A program made the position numbers and the translations under genes. From the IMG/VR virus record IMGVR_UViG_3300035491_000281: a DNA stretch of 64,000 bases; one strand, written 5' to 3'. Below the pieces are notes generated by a model. It was not told the DNA's origin, did not search any database, and saw nothing but the letters and a program-made list of their open reading frames with translations. Of the stretch, positions 45,374 through 54,713 are shown in pieces; the stretch's first letter is position 1; every line of letters starts with the position of its first letter. The stretch is from a virus.

Positions 45374-45787
45374 ATGCGTTTCCTTAAACAATACTTCAAA
45401 AGTGTGCACAACCCGCTCGTTTGGATCTGGTTTTCTATCTGGGCACGCGTGCCGGATCAGTCCAAACGGATGTTTGTGCTGGCCTCGCTCTACGTCCGCC
45501 TCATGAATTGTAACGAGGATGACACGGAGCGGTTGGATGACGTGAACCGCACCTTGGGACTCAGTCGGGATACTCGGGTTTTGAGAACGCCGGCGGTCTT
45601 TGCCCCGGTGATCTGGAAGCAAGTACTCCCGATTGAAAAGATCGACCCGGATCAGGGCGAGCGGTATATCAGTCGACTGATAAAGCGCACTCCATGTTGG
45701 TTGTGGTATGCCGACTTGGAGACGCGTACGGAGGATTTACGGCAACTGATGGAATTCTGTCGCACACACCCCTGCCGCTTGGCGTAA
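45374..45787 (+). CDS. Hypothetical protein
   Basis: 137 aa ORF downstream of RNase H. Confidence 0.55.
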   Translation: MRFLKQYFKSVHNPLVWIWFSIWARVPDQSKRMFVLASLYVRLMNCNEDDTERLDDVNRTLGLSRDTRVLRTPAVFAPVIWKQVLPIEKIDPDQGERYISRLIKRTPCWLWYADLETRTEDLRQLMEFCRTHPCRLA

Positions 45788-45789
45788 TA

Positions 45790-45827
45790 ACAGCATAAGC
45801 CCCTCCCGTTTGGGAGGGGTCTATGTT
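45790..45827. terminator. Hairpin repeat family member
   Basis: ACAGCATAA-GCCCCTCCC-GTTT-GGGAGGGGT-CTATGTT between convergent genes. Confidence 0.65.
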
Positions 45828-46684
45828 CAAAGCGCCCGCAGTAGCTTCTTCTCGTTGAGCTTGAGGGCTGTGGTCAAGTCGATCAGGCGCGTCACTGTGA
45901 CCGAGTACCATTCCACCCACCGTGCTGCCAGTTCCAGCTCACTGGCGAGCGCCGCGACCACCTGCTTGCTGATCGGCTGCTCCGCTTGCTGAATCGCCGC
46001 AAACAGGGCGTCGGCGGTTTTCACCAACCGGCCGGTGAGGTCGGCCACCAGACTCGGCTTGGCTGCGGCCCACCGGCTGGCGTTGATCCGATTGATTTCG
46101 GTCATGGCTGCACTGCACTCGGCGTTGTTGTCGAAGAGTTCAGTGAACAACCCCTCGCTGCTGCGGTTACCCTTGATGAACCACGCCGCTTCCAGCTCCA
46201 CTGCCTCCTGCAACACAGCCAGATCCATTTCCTCCGCAATCGACTCGATGCGCCGCTCTTCCAAGCGGGTCAGGTCATTGAGGTAGTAAGCGAACCGAGT
46301 TGTAACCGGAGTCAGCACGGCGGTTGGGATATCGTTGAGCAGCTCTAGGTTGCGCAGCTGATGCAGGGTGTAGGCATGCAGGTTCCCTTTAAAACCCACC
46401 GGCTTGTGGATCTTGAATTCATCCAGGTCGGTGTATTGGACCTTGCGCAGGGTCGCCATGACCGCGTTGGGGTTAAGCACTTCCGGCTTGCTGTGATCCC
46501 ACGTGGTCACGAACCGGAACGCGTCCTTCAGGGCGGCGCTGAGCTTGGGTAGGCGGTCACTGACAACCTTTTTCAGGTCATCGATGGAGAAAGCCTCGGC
46601 CGACACAGTCTGGCAGGCGCTGATCAGGCGCGTGCTTTCCGGAGTGCTGGCGAGAAACTCCAGGGTTTCTTCGTTGATTGACAT
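45827..46684 (-). CDS. Processed head protein, gp153-like
   Basis: VSAE-AFS near the N-terminus; Y.DL....KP.GFKG. Confidence 0.6.
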   Translation of the reverse strand: MSINEETLEFLASTPESTRLISACQTVSAEAFSIDDLKKVVSDRLPKLSAALKDAFRFVTTWDHSKPEVLNPNAVMATLRKVQYTDLDEFKIHKPVGFKGNLHAYTLHQLRNLELLNDIPTAVLTPVTTRFAYYLNDLTRLEERRIESIAEEMDLAVLQEAVELEAAWFIKGNRSSEGLFTELFDNNAECSAAMTEINRINASRWAAAKPSLVADLTGRLVKTADALFAAIQQAEQPISKQVVAALASELELAARWVEWYSVTVTRLIDLTTALKLNEKKLLRAL

Positions 46685-46839
46685 GTCAAATACCTTAATG
46701 CAGTGAATACAAGGCGCTGAGGCACACGCGTGTTTTGGCCATAAGATTCTACAAGTCTCAACAACAGCTTAGTGAAAAAGCACCCTCCTGACCAATCAAT
46801 TGACAACACTGGCTGTACCACAACAGGATAACTACCACC

Positions 46840-48306
46840 ATGTTTAACAACACCTTTGCGCGTCCACGCTTCCGCCCTGCCGTTAACCTTGGCTGTCTGA
46901 TGGACGTTTCCACGGGTAAATACGAACTCGGGCTGCGCGGCGAGTCCATCCTGAACGGCGGTCTGGCCAGCATGACCGGGATTTGTGCCCGTCCGAACAA
47001 CTTCAAGACCGCCCTGGCTGTGTATATGCTTGCCATGCTGCGTCGCGCGTGTCACCACACCCACTCGTTGACTTACGACACCGAAGGTACCCTCTACCCG
47101 AGCGCGCGTTTCAAGGCCGTATCGGAAGCCGACCCGTATCTGGCATCGCTGGATTACGAGGAAGACCCACAGTTTGCCTTCACTGACCTGTCGCAGTACA
47201 GCGGCGATGAGTGGTTTGCCGCTTTCCGCAAAGTGGTCGACGAAAAACCCAAGAACGAAAAGCAGTTCCTGGCCAGCACCCCGTTCCCGGACCTCAACAA
47301 ACAGGCGAAGAAAGCCCTGTATCCGAGCGGCGCGCTGATCGACTCCTTCAGTAAGTTCACCGTGGCGGCGGTCGAAGAGCTTTACAAGAAGAACAAGATC
47401 GGCGAATCGGGTGCCAACACCGACGCCATGACCAACGGCAAGGCCAAGAATCAGATGTTCAACCAGATGCCGGCGATCTGCGCCAAGACCGGCACCTACA
47501 TGATCCTGACCGCGCACTTGGGTGACATCATCAACATGGAGATGTACCCGACCGACAAGCGTAACTTGTCGTTCCTGCCGCGCGATACCGTCCTCAAAGG
47601 GGTCTCCGGTGGTTTCTACTCGCTGCCGAACAACGTCTGGTTGATCACCTCCAACAAGCCGCTGTTGAACAAGGATAAGATGCCGCAGTACCCGTGGGAC
47701 AACGCCACCGCGATTCAGGGCGACACCGACCTAGTGGTGATCACCATGAAGAACCTGCGTGGTAAGAACGGCATGTCTGGGCTGCCGATCGACCTGGTGG
47801 TCTCGCAGTCTGAAGGCGTATTAGCCTCGCTGTCGGAGTTCCACTACTGCAAGGAAAACTCCTTCGGGATCGGCGGTAATCTGCAGAACTACTACATGGA
47901 ACTGCTGCCGGAGGTCAAGCTGTCACGCACCACGGTCCGCCAGAAGCTCAAGGCCGATCACAAGCTGCAGCGTGCGGTACAGATCACCGCCGAGCTGCTG
48001 CAGTTGCATCAGTTCCATCGTAACCACGATCTGGGTCTGATGTGTGATGCCAAGACGCTGTACGACGACCTGATCGAGATGGGATACGACTGGAATCAGC
48101 TGCTGGAAACCCGCGGCTACTGGGTCTTTGAAGAAGAAGAGAAAGAGCACCCGTTGCCTTTCCTCTCCACCATGGACCTGCTGCGCATGCGCACCGGTCA
48201 GTACGTACCGTTCTGGATGTCCAAGGAAGAGAAAGCCAAGCTCAAGCCGGCCAAGGTGAAAGTGGCACCGAATCCGGAAGCTGTGGTTGCTGCCGAGGGA
48301 GCGTGA
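46840..48306 (+). CDS. uvsX: UvsX/RecA-like recombinase, phiKZ gp152-like
   Basis: RP..NLGCLMD..TG; P-loop RPNNFKT; YDTE; IDSFS; TAH; strong codon bias. Confidence 0.8.
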   Translation: MFNNTFARPRFRPAVNLGCLMDVSTGKYELGLRGESILNGGLASMTGICARPNNFKTALAVYMLAMLRRACHHTHSLTYDTEGTLYPSARFKAVSEADPYLASLDYEEDPQFAFTDLSQYSGDEWFAAFRKVVDEKPKNEKQFLASTPFPDLNKQAKKALYPSGALIDSFSKFTVAAVEELYKKNKIGESGANTDAMTNGKAKNQMFNQMPAICAKTGTYMILTAHLGDIINMEMYPTDKRNLSFLPRDTVLKGVSGGFYSLPNNVWLITSNKPLLNKDKMPQYPWDNATAIQGDTDLVVITMKNLRGKNGMSGLPIDLVVSQSEGVLASLSEFHYCKENSFGIGGNLQNYYMELLPEVKLSRTTVRQKLKADHKLQRAVQITAELLQLHQFHRNHDLGLMCDAKTLYDDLIEMGYDWNQLLETRGYWVFEEEEKEHPLPFLSTMDLLRMRTGQYVPFWMSKEEKAKLKPAKVKVAPNPEAVVAAEGA

Positions 48307-48650
48307 TCGTCTACACGTATCAAATCGCGAAGTGGCGTCAACTGAAAGGCCGTGGTGTTCCACTGATCGACACCACGGTCAAATCCGGCGATCCGCGTTT
48401 GGCCCCGACCTGGGAGATGGTTATGAGGCATAAACGCGGGCAATGGTCGGATCAAGAATATACTGACGCTTACTATTGCATGCTGGACTATTGGTGGTTT
48501 CAAGATCCCGAGTTTTGGGAAGACCTTATGGCGCGGCCGGTGGTTGCGCTTGGGTGCTATTGTCCAGCGCATTCCTTCTGTCATCGTTACTTACTTGTGG
48601 AGTTCCTAAAGCGCATCACCGAGATCGATTACAGAGGCGAACTCAGTTAA
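48303..48650 (+). CDS. DUF488-like protein
   Basis: DTTVKSG..LAPTW, LGCYC...FCHR. Confidence 0.55.
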   Translation: MIVYTYQIAKWRQLKGRGVPLIDTTVKSGDPRLAPTWEMVMRHKRGQWSDQEYTDAYYCMLDYWWFQDPEFWEDLMARPVVALGCYCPAHSFCHRYLLVEFLKRITEIDYRGELS

Positions 48651-48732
48651 CTGACCCCCGTCGGGGGATATTAAAAGGACCGACTCCCATGTCGTCACCT
48701 CGTTTTACGTTACCCTATTCCGGAGTTGTACC

Positions 48733-49059
48733 ATGCCTTATTCCTTGCGTACCCGTGTGTTCTACCTGATCCGCCACCGCGATATCGAGCTGGCGGAGGA
48801 TTTTGTCCGCCGCTGCCCCGAGGTCAACGACATCGTGGAGCTCAACAACTTCTTCCATCGTACCCTGTCGCAGTTCGAAGTCAACACCCTGCCGGCACGG
48901 GAAGCTCTAATAGATACCCCGGTGTTTGAAGACTGGGCGCGTCATTTCGAACAGGATGTACTGCCGGTCCTGCGCAACCTGCGTTTCCCGGCGCTGACCG
49001 CCAAAATTGTCCCACCGTCGTACCAGTCGGCTTACCATGACCCGAGGGTGGTGGTGTAA
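48733..49059 (+). CDS. Hypothetical protein
   Basis: 108 aa with RBS GGAG. Confidence 0.55.
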   Translation: MPYSLRTRVFYLIRHRDIELAEDFVRRCPEVNDIVELNNFFHRTLSQFEVNTLPAREALIDTPVFEDWARHFEQDVLPVLRNLRFPALTAKIVPPSYQSAYHDPRVVV

Positions 49060-49186
49060 CCACCCCCCCCCCTAATCTGCCGCCGAGGCCTGTCCGCGTG
49101 CGATTACCGTCGAACTGACCCCACCTTCCGCCAGTTGGTTCGCGGGGGTGGGGTATCGTATGGTCCACATTCTAGGAGAGTTTCCA

Positions 49187-49855
49187 ATGTCCGCGCGCCA
49201 AGCCGCCACCGAAGAGCTGTTGCATTTCATCGACCAGTTTGCTCCTGGCTCTGCCAACCGTGCTATTTACGAAGAACGCCTCGGTAAAATGTCCGATGCG
49301 GAATTCGAAGCCTTTATGACCCGGCTGGAAAACGAAGAGGAGATTCTATCCCTGTTCGTCCCCAACCTGTCGGAGCACAAAGTCAGCATCAAACGCAACT
49401 TCGAGATTGCTGAGCAGCTCGACCATCAGTTCTTCCAGCACCTGTACCTGACCGACCCGACCACCGGGCAGGTGGTGAAAACGCCCACCAAGCATCTGGT
49501 GATCGACCTGATGCTGCGCCGGCAAGCGCAGATGCTGTACAAGAAGATGTCGGTGCCGGAGAACAACCAGGCGGTGGACGAACGGTCCGGCCAGGCGACG
49601 GGTCCTTCCAAAGGCTCGCGGATGTCCTACCCGGAACTACAGGTCAATGCCGCCAAAGGGCTCGACCAATCGGTGCTGGAGCTGATCAAATTCCGGGGTG
49701 GTGATGTCAAGGCGTTCAACGCCATGAACCGCAGTATTCTGGAAACCGGTGAGGCCTCGTTGGAGTCCATCAGCGCCCGCGAACCCACCACCGTTAAAGC
49801 CACGCAGACCCTGAGTGTTCTACTGAAGTCTGCCCATCTGGATAATAATCTCTAA
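49187..49855 (+). CDS. Virion RNA polymerase beta C-terminal subunit, phiKZ gp149-like
   Basis: RRQAQ...KK.S, GQATG.SKGSR.SYPE, E.IK.RGGD; RBS AGGAGAG. Confidence 0.8.
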   Translation: MSARQAATEELLHFIDQFAPGSANRAIYEERLGKMSDAEFEAFMTRLENEEEILSLFVPNLSEHKVSIKRNFEIAEQLDHQFFQHLYLTDPTTGQVVKTPTKHLVIDLMLRRQAQMLYKKMSVPENNQAVDERSGQATGPSKGSRMSYPELQVNAAKGLDQSVLELIKFRGGDVKAFNAMNRSILETGEASLESISAREPTTVKATQTLSVLLKSAHLDNNL

Positions 49856-49864
49856 GGCCGTTGT

Positions 49865-50368
49865 ATGACCGGACTGTACGAAATAGCCAGCCAAGCCGCC
49901 GTTGAGGCTCTGCAGGAAGAGCTCAAGCTGCTACGCCATGAGGTTCACCTTGAGGTTTACCGCTTCTTGCTGCGCCTGCGCATGGAACAACGGCTTTACT
50001 ACATCAGCCGAGAAATGGCCGCTGACGTGATCTGGAAGGAATTGCGCGATAACGACGACCTGCTGGATCTGACCATGCGTGCCGCCATCGGGTTCTACAG
50101 TCGTATGTCGGGGCACGAGCAAGGCGACAAGTACCTGCCGTACTGCATGTTACTGGCCGAAGCCATCGGTGGGATTACGCACCGCGGTCGAGACGCCGGT
50201 TTGGTTACCGACTCGACCTTCAGTGAGAAGATCGTCAGCCCCACCGAGCTCGGGAAGTTGTTCGGCAGTGAACACTGGCTGACCCTCTTGCTGACGCTGG
50301 AACGGGCGGTGAGTCGGTATCTGCCGAAGGCCATGCTGCAGGAGCTGCAACTCGGAGGTGGGACGTGA
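49865..50368 (+). CDS. Hypothetical protein (gp148 position)
   Basis: 167 aa in an operon with the gp149-like gene. Confidence 0.55.
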   Translation: MTGLYEIASQAAVEALQEELKLLRHEVHLEVYRFLLRLRMEQRLYYISREMAADVIWKELRDNDDLLDLTMRAAIGFYSRMSGHEQGDKYLPYCMLLAEAIGGITHRGRDAGLVTDSTFSEKIVSPTELGKLFGSEHWLTLLLTLERAVSRYLPKAMLQELQLGGGT

Positions 50369-51078
50369 TTCGGCGTATCCTGCTGGATATCGATGCGCTA
50401 CTAGACACCCGGCTGGGGTTGTTGTCCCAGCTGAATTCCGAGGTCGCTACCCGGGTGGTGCAGAGTAACGCTTATTGGGAGCGGGACTACACCGACTGGG
50501 AACGCCTCACTCGGGGGGGTGTGACCAACGCCGCCTTCGAGGCGGCCTGGGTAAAGCGCGACATCGAGACCGCCCGCCAATCGATCATGACCGGCATTAT
50601 TCCGGTGTTGATGCGCGTGATGGCCGAGTACGACCAGAATATGCGTGACGGTGTGGTCACCGACGACCTGGCGCTGGAAGTGAATCTACACCCGTACGAG
50701 TTCAACGACGAAGAGACCGAGGAGCTGACGGAAATCCTGAAAGGGGTGTTCTATCAGGACCTGACGGTCACCTTCTGCTCCCGACCGCTGGAGGAGCTAA
50801 CGCCGGTGGTGCTGAACGAGCACTATTCGGCGGTGGTGTTGTTCGATTTCAACCGCTGGATCAAGCACCACTGCCTGAGCTTAGGGGAAACCCGGTGCAA
50901 GGGGTTGAGCTTTATTGTTCCTCGGTTGTTTGAAAAAGACCCCAGTCAACTCAGCCTGGAACGCAAACAGGAAGAGATCATGGGGTTTCGCCTGTGGTTT
51001 GTGGAGCTGTTTGAAGTGGAGTTCATTGACGCTGAATGGTTCTCCATGTACCGTCCCTCGCTGCCGGCCGAAGCGTGA
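50365..51078 (+). CDS. Conserved protein, gp147-like
   Basis: LDIDALLDTRLG, YWER..D, VNLHPY. Confidence 0.6.
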   Translation: MIRRILLDIDALLDTRLGLLSQLNSEVATRVVQSNAYWERDYTDWERLTRGGVTNAAFEAAWVKRDIETARQSIMTGIIPVLMRVMAEYDQNMRDGVVTDDLALEVNLHPYEFNDEETEELTEILKGVFYQDLTVTFCSRPLEELTPVVLNEHYSAVVLFDFNRWIKHHCLSLGETRCKGLSFIVPRLFEKDPSQLSLERKQEEIMGFRLWFVELFEVEFIDAEWFSMYRPSLPAEA

Positions 51079-51081
51079 CTC

Positions 51082-51115
51082 TATAAAGCCCCTGACCCTT
51101 CGGGGGCTTTATGCC
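51082..51115. terminator. Hairpin repeat family member
   Basis: ATAAAGCCCC..CCCTTCGGGGGCTTTATGCC. Confidence 0.5.
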
Positions 51116-51134
51116 CTTGAATCGATGCAGCTTG

Positions 51135-51146
51135 AGATCTATATCA
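51135..51146 (+). promoter_or_regulatory. Putative early-type phage promoter motif
   Basis: AGATCTATATCA, identical copy at 52708..52719; TATATCAC resembles the phiKZ early consensus TATATTAC. Confidence 0.45.
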
Positions 51147-51214
51147 CCATGGTGAACCACCCCTGAGTGCTGTCCGTAGTTTCGACAGAACCCGGATAAC
51201 CCTGGAGGTCTACC

Positions 51215-51487
51215 ATGAAATCGATTGTGTGTGCATCTTTTCAAATCAGTGACTCCCATATCCGTACGGCTGTTGCACGGGTAGACGATGGCCCGCGTCC
51301 ATTGGTGGACGTGATTTATGCCGACATTATTGACGGCCGACCTAGCGTGTATTGCTTTGATCATCACCTGTGTGCGGCCATCCCGTTTCGCGATAAGAGC
51401 TTTGCGCGGCAACGGGCGCAGTACCCCGCGGTGCAGTTGCGCGATCCAGACCTGGCAGTTTTGCTAGAACATCCCGAATTAAATTGA
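51215..51487 (+). CDS. Hypothetical protein
   Basis: 90 aa; RBS GGAGG. Confidence 0.6.
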   Translation: MKSIVCASFQISDSHIRTAVARVDDGPRPLVDVIYADIIDGRPSVYCFDHHLCAAIPFRDKSFARQRAQYPAVQLRDPDLAVLLEHPELN

Positions 51488-51498
51488 AGGAGCTTTAG

Positions 51499-51843
51499 AT
51501 GACAAACCTACCCGGCAGCATTCGTCGTATCTCACCCGGCGAACACACCTGCGAGCACAGAGGTTGTACCCTGCTGGCTACCCACAGCCTCCAAGGTGAG
51601 ACCGACAGTTTCGGGGCGGAGTACCGCTACTACTGCACCGCCCATATCGAAAACGAACGGCAACGCCTATCGAAGGCGAGCCGGGTAGGAACCTGCGATT
51701 GGTGCAAAGGGCACGCGACTGACCTGCGTCCGCACCGGGATTTCGAGGAAGGCAGTAACGGCCCGGTGTATGAGGTCTGTGGGGACTGTGTCCGCAAACA
51801 AATCGCGGAGGTTCAAGACGAACTGGAAGACTGCTATGAATAG
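51499..51843 (+). CDS. Small Zn-finger-like protein
   Basis: CEHRGC, CTAH, CDWC, CGDC; GETDSFGAE; RBS AAGGAG. Confidence 0.7.
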   Translation: MTNLPGSIRRISPGEHTCEHRGCTLLATHSLQGETDSFGAEYRYYCTAHIENERQRLSKASRVGTCDWCKGHATDLRPHRDFEEGSNGPVYEVCGDCVRKQIAEVQDELEDCYE

Positions 51844-52126
51844 TGCTGACCATGCGTTTATGCTGCACTTTGTGGATTTGATGTTGGCGTTCTTACTGCT
51901 GCTGGCGCTGGCGCTCTGGGTAGTGTGCAGTCCCGATGTGTTGTTTCCGCCCTACCGGCGTCCAGCATGGCCGCGGCGGCGACAGAAGTTGCTCGGAGGG
52001 GCGGTCCTACTCAGTATGACCTTAGTCGGGTTAGGGTTGTGGTTTAGCTTCAGTGGGCTCTGGTTAGGCGTCACCGCCATCTACTGGCAGCGCCGTCATT
52101 GGCTAATGCAGTTCCCCGATCAGTAG
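51836..52126 (+). CDS. Small membrane protein
   Basis: Start MNSADH; two to three hydrophobic segments. Confidence 0.5.
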   Translation: MNSADHAFMLHFVDLMLAFLLLLALALWVVCSPDVLFPPYRRPAWPRRRQKLLGGAVLLSMTLVGLGLWFSFSGLWLGVTAIYWQRRHWLMQFPDQ

Positions 52127-52176
52127 CGACATAACGCCCTCCCCGTTTGGGGAGGGCTTATGCCGTTTCTTTTTTT
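52127..52176. terminator. Hairpin repeat family member with T-run
   Basis: CGACATAAC-GCCCTCCCC-GTTT-GGGGAGGGC-TTATGCCGT-TTCTTTTTTT. Confidence 0.7.
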
Positions 52177-52178
52177 GC

Positions 52179-52634
52179 TTAGTCGGACTCACCTTTCAAG
52201 GCTTGCATCCGGGTCATGAAATCGCCGCAGTTCTCACTGATCACGCCGATCTCAGTCTCCCCTTCGACGAGCTTGTGTTCGCCCAGCTTCTCGACGCTGA
52301 CCGACGGTACCACCGTGGGCGCCGCCACCGAACCGTCATCGCGGCGGGCGAAGGGGTTGGCGTTCTTCTGCATTTCCAACATCTGGCGCATGGCGTCAGC
52401 CACCTCACGGGAGGTGTCGGAATCTTTCTGGTCGATTTGGTTCTTGCGATCGGCCAGGGCCGTCTGATCCATGTCCTTGAGGGTCTTGAGCAAGGTGTCG
52501 ACCGCCTTAGGGTCGTTGGGCACCTCGCCATCCTCCATCACCTTGTCGATGATCCTGCGACGAATGCGCTGACTGAAGCTCAGCGTCTGTTGATAATCCA
52601 AGACATCTTCTTGATTTTCAGAAGGATTTTCCAT
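52179..52634 (-). CDS. Conserved hypothetical protein
   Basis: 151 aa; P.DPK...LL..L.DMD..AL. Confidence 0.6.
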   Translation of the reverse strand: MENPSENQEDVLDYQQTLSFSQRIRRRIIDKVMEDGEVPNDPKAVDTLLKTLKDMDQTALADRKNQIDQKDSDTSREVADAMRQMLEMQKNANPFARRDDGSVAAPTVVPSVSVEKLGEHKLVEGETEIGVISENCGDFMTRMQALKGESD

Positions 52635-52760
52635 GTTACAGGTACCTCAGTGGGGTGCGTGGAAAAACTACGGAATACTCCGACTGTATAGTAGTGGACA
52701 TATTTCCAGATCTATATCATGATTTTGCGGTAACCACCACTACTGTAAGGGGGAGAAACC

Positions 52761-53258
52761 ATGTTAGGTCGTCGGCTGCGGTTACGCCGCTACCGCCGTC
52801 AACTGGCCGAGACGGAATTGATCGCTACCGACAGCGCCAATGTTGTCGCCCGACTGGCGGCGCTGTGGCGGGGAATCAAGCCAAAAGACCTAGTTGACAT
52901 CAACGTCCAGACTCGTATGTCCACCAAACTACGTGTCTGTTTCAATAACCTACCGCTGTTAGTCACTCGCCTGAAAGAGCACAACGCCCTGATTGCGGCT
53001 AACGGTGACCGGATGCTGGAGTTGTCAGTTGCCCGACAAGGGCGAGCGCTCACGGATGTGGCGCTCGACTTTTATCTGGCCGACGACCACCAACTACCTG
53101 TGGATGAAGAAGCCTTGCTGCGTCGTTTACAGGGGCTACTGTTAGAACATGCCCACCTCCTGCGCCAGCAGGACGGACATTACTACCAGCGGCTGAGCGA
53201 GATGTTCTATCAAGACATCATCGTTCTCACCACAACTCTAATAAATGCCAACCACTGA
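52761..53258 (+). CDS. Hypothetical protein
   Basis: 165 aa; RBS GGGGGAG. Confidence 0.55.
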   Translation: MLGRRLRLRRYRRQLAETELIATDSANVVARLAALWRGIKPKDLVDINVQTRMSTKLRVCFNNLPLLVTRLKEHNALIAANGDRMLELSVARQGRALTDVALDFYLADDHQLPVDEEALLRRLQGLLLEHAHLLRQQDGHYYQRLSEMFYQDIIVLTTTLINANH

Positions 53259-53388
53259 ATCCCGCAGAGGAGAAGACCGCTATGCTGACAAACAATGGAC
53301 CCTAAGGGACGGTTGCGTCTCTAGTAGTTTGTGAAATCAAACCATGGACCGTTTACGGACGGCCAACCACCGTAGGTGAAAAACTAAA

Positions 53389-54138
53389 ATGAGCAGAACC
53401 GTCAAAGAGCTTCTCGCTGACCCGCTCAAAGGGACGAACCGCGCGCAGGGGGTGTTGTGCTACCTGTTCCGGCATGTCCTACTCTGGCGAAAAGTCAACC
53501 AGTTCACGTGGAACAAGAGGGCCCGGCTGTATTTCGAAAAGCCCCACAACCGTGACAACCCCGACAAGGGCAATCTCAACAAAGCCTTGACCCACGACGA
53601 CTTCACGTGGGGAACCTTCAAGAAGTCCATTGACTTTCTCAACCCCTACTCGGCCACCTTGGTCGTGCAGTTGACCTGGACCAGTGGGCGGGTCTCCCGC
53701 TACCCGATTCGGATCGACCCAGCGGAGAACGAGGCCGACTCGGCGCTGAACAGCTTTGGTGAAGCTGAGAGCGATGTGTTCCACGACCAGCGTAAACCAG
53801 CCAGTACCCTGGCGCGCCTGTTCCGCCGTATTGTCAGCGAAGAACAGATCGACGTCACCCGTTGGCAAGCGTTGTTTGAGGACTACGCCAAAAACCCCCT
53901 GCACGGCATTCCCCAGAACCGGCGGGATATCACTAACTTTATCAACACCACTCAACGGGAGCTGATGAACGCCCGGATGTCCTGGAACGTGTTTCGCAAG
54001 GGCTTGGTGGTGCTCAACCCCAAACAGGAAGATTATATCCTGGAGTTGCGCTGGAGTAAGGACCCGACCGATGTGAGTATTCACACCGTGACGATCCGCA
54101 ATCCGATGCTGGTGAATCCGGCTTCCAATCAAGACTAA
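53389..54138 (+). CDS. Conserved protein with an internal duplication (gp171-like)
   Basis: Two similar halves: L..LFR...W......Y...P.....(T/S)W..F.K....LNP. Confidence 0.6.
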   Translation: MSRTVKELLADPLKGTNRAQGVLCYLFRHVLLWRKVNQFTWNKRARLYFEKPHNRDNPDKGNLNKALTHDDFTWGTFKKSIDFLNPYSATLVVQLTWTSGRVSRYPIRIDPAENEADSALNSFGEAESDVFHDQRKPASTLARLFRRIVSEEQIDVTRWQALFEDYAKNPLHGIPQNRRDITNFINTTQRELMNARMSWNVFRKGLVVLNPKQEDYILELRWSKDPTDVSIHTVTIRNPMLVNPASNQD

Positions 54139-54147
54139 GGGTTTGTT

Positions 54148-54603
54148 ATGTCGAATGTGCCGAGTGACGACGTGAACGGGGACGGCGTTAGTTGTATCAA
54201 CATTGGGCGTTACGCCCGGACACCCTTGGGGCGGCTGTTGCATTATTACGACAGCACCCCCAAGCGGCTACCCGACGGCAAGCACTTTTTCATGTTTGCC
54301 GGCTACTACTATTACCTGATCACCACAGGTGAGAGCAGTGGTCGGTTCTTGCGCATGAAGACCACCGACGAGTTGGAGTTCAAACGCAAGGTCGATTGGA
54401 CCAACGTACCAGGCTTAGAGACCCATCTGGAAACCGCGTTGAGTTACAACATCAACCGGTCGCCGTTGGCCTTGAGCCTGGTGCGCAAACACCACTTACC
54501 CGTGGTCTGGGTGGAACCGGACCGCGAGTTACGCAATGCTGAAAAACGCTGGCTACGGGTGGTGCAAAACACCCTGCGCCGACTCCGGGCGGAACACGTC
54601 TAA
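54148..54603 (+). CDS. Hypothetical protein
   Basis: DGVSCINI...A.T.LGRLL, F..FAGYYYY. Confidence 0.6.
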   Translation: MSNVPSDDVNGDGVSCINIGRYARTPLGRLLHYYDSTPKRLPDGKHFFMFAGYYYYLITTGESSGRFLRMKTTDELEFKRKVDWTNVPGLETHLETALSYNINRSPLALSLVRKHHLPVVWVEPDRELRNAEKRWLRVVQNTLRRLRAEHV

Positions 54604-54713
54604 CTCACACCCACCCCGCGGGGTGGGTTTATACCGTTCTGCCGCATAAGCACGGAGACCCTTCGGGGTCTCCATTTTATGACCTCATTTCTTTTTTTGT
54701 TCAGGTGATCCCC

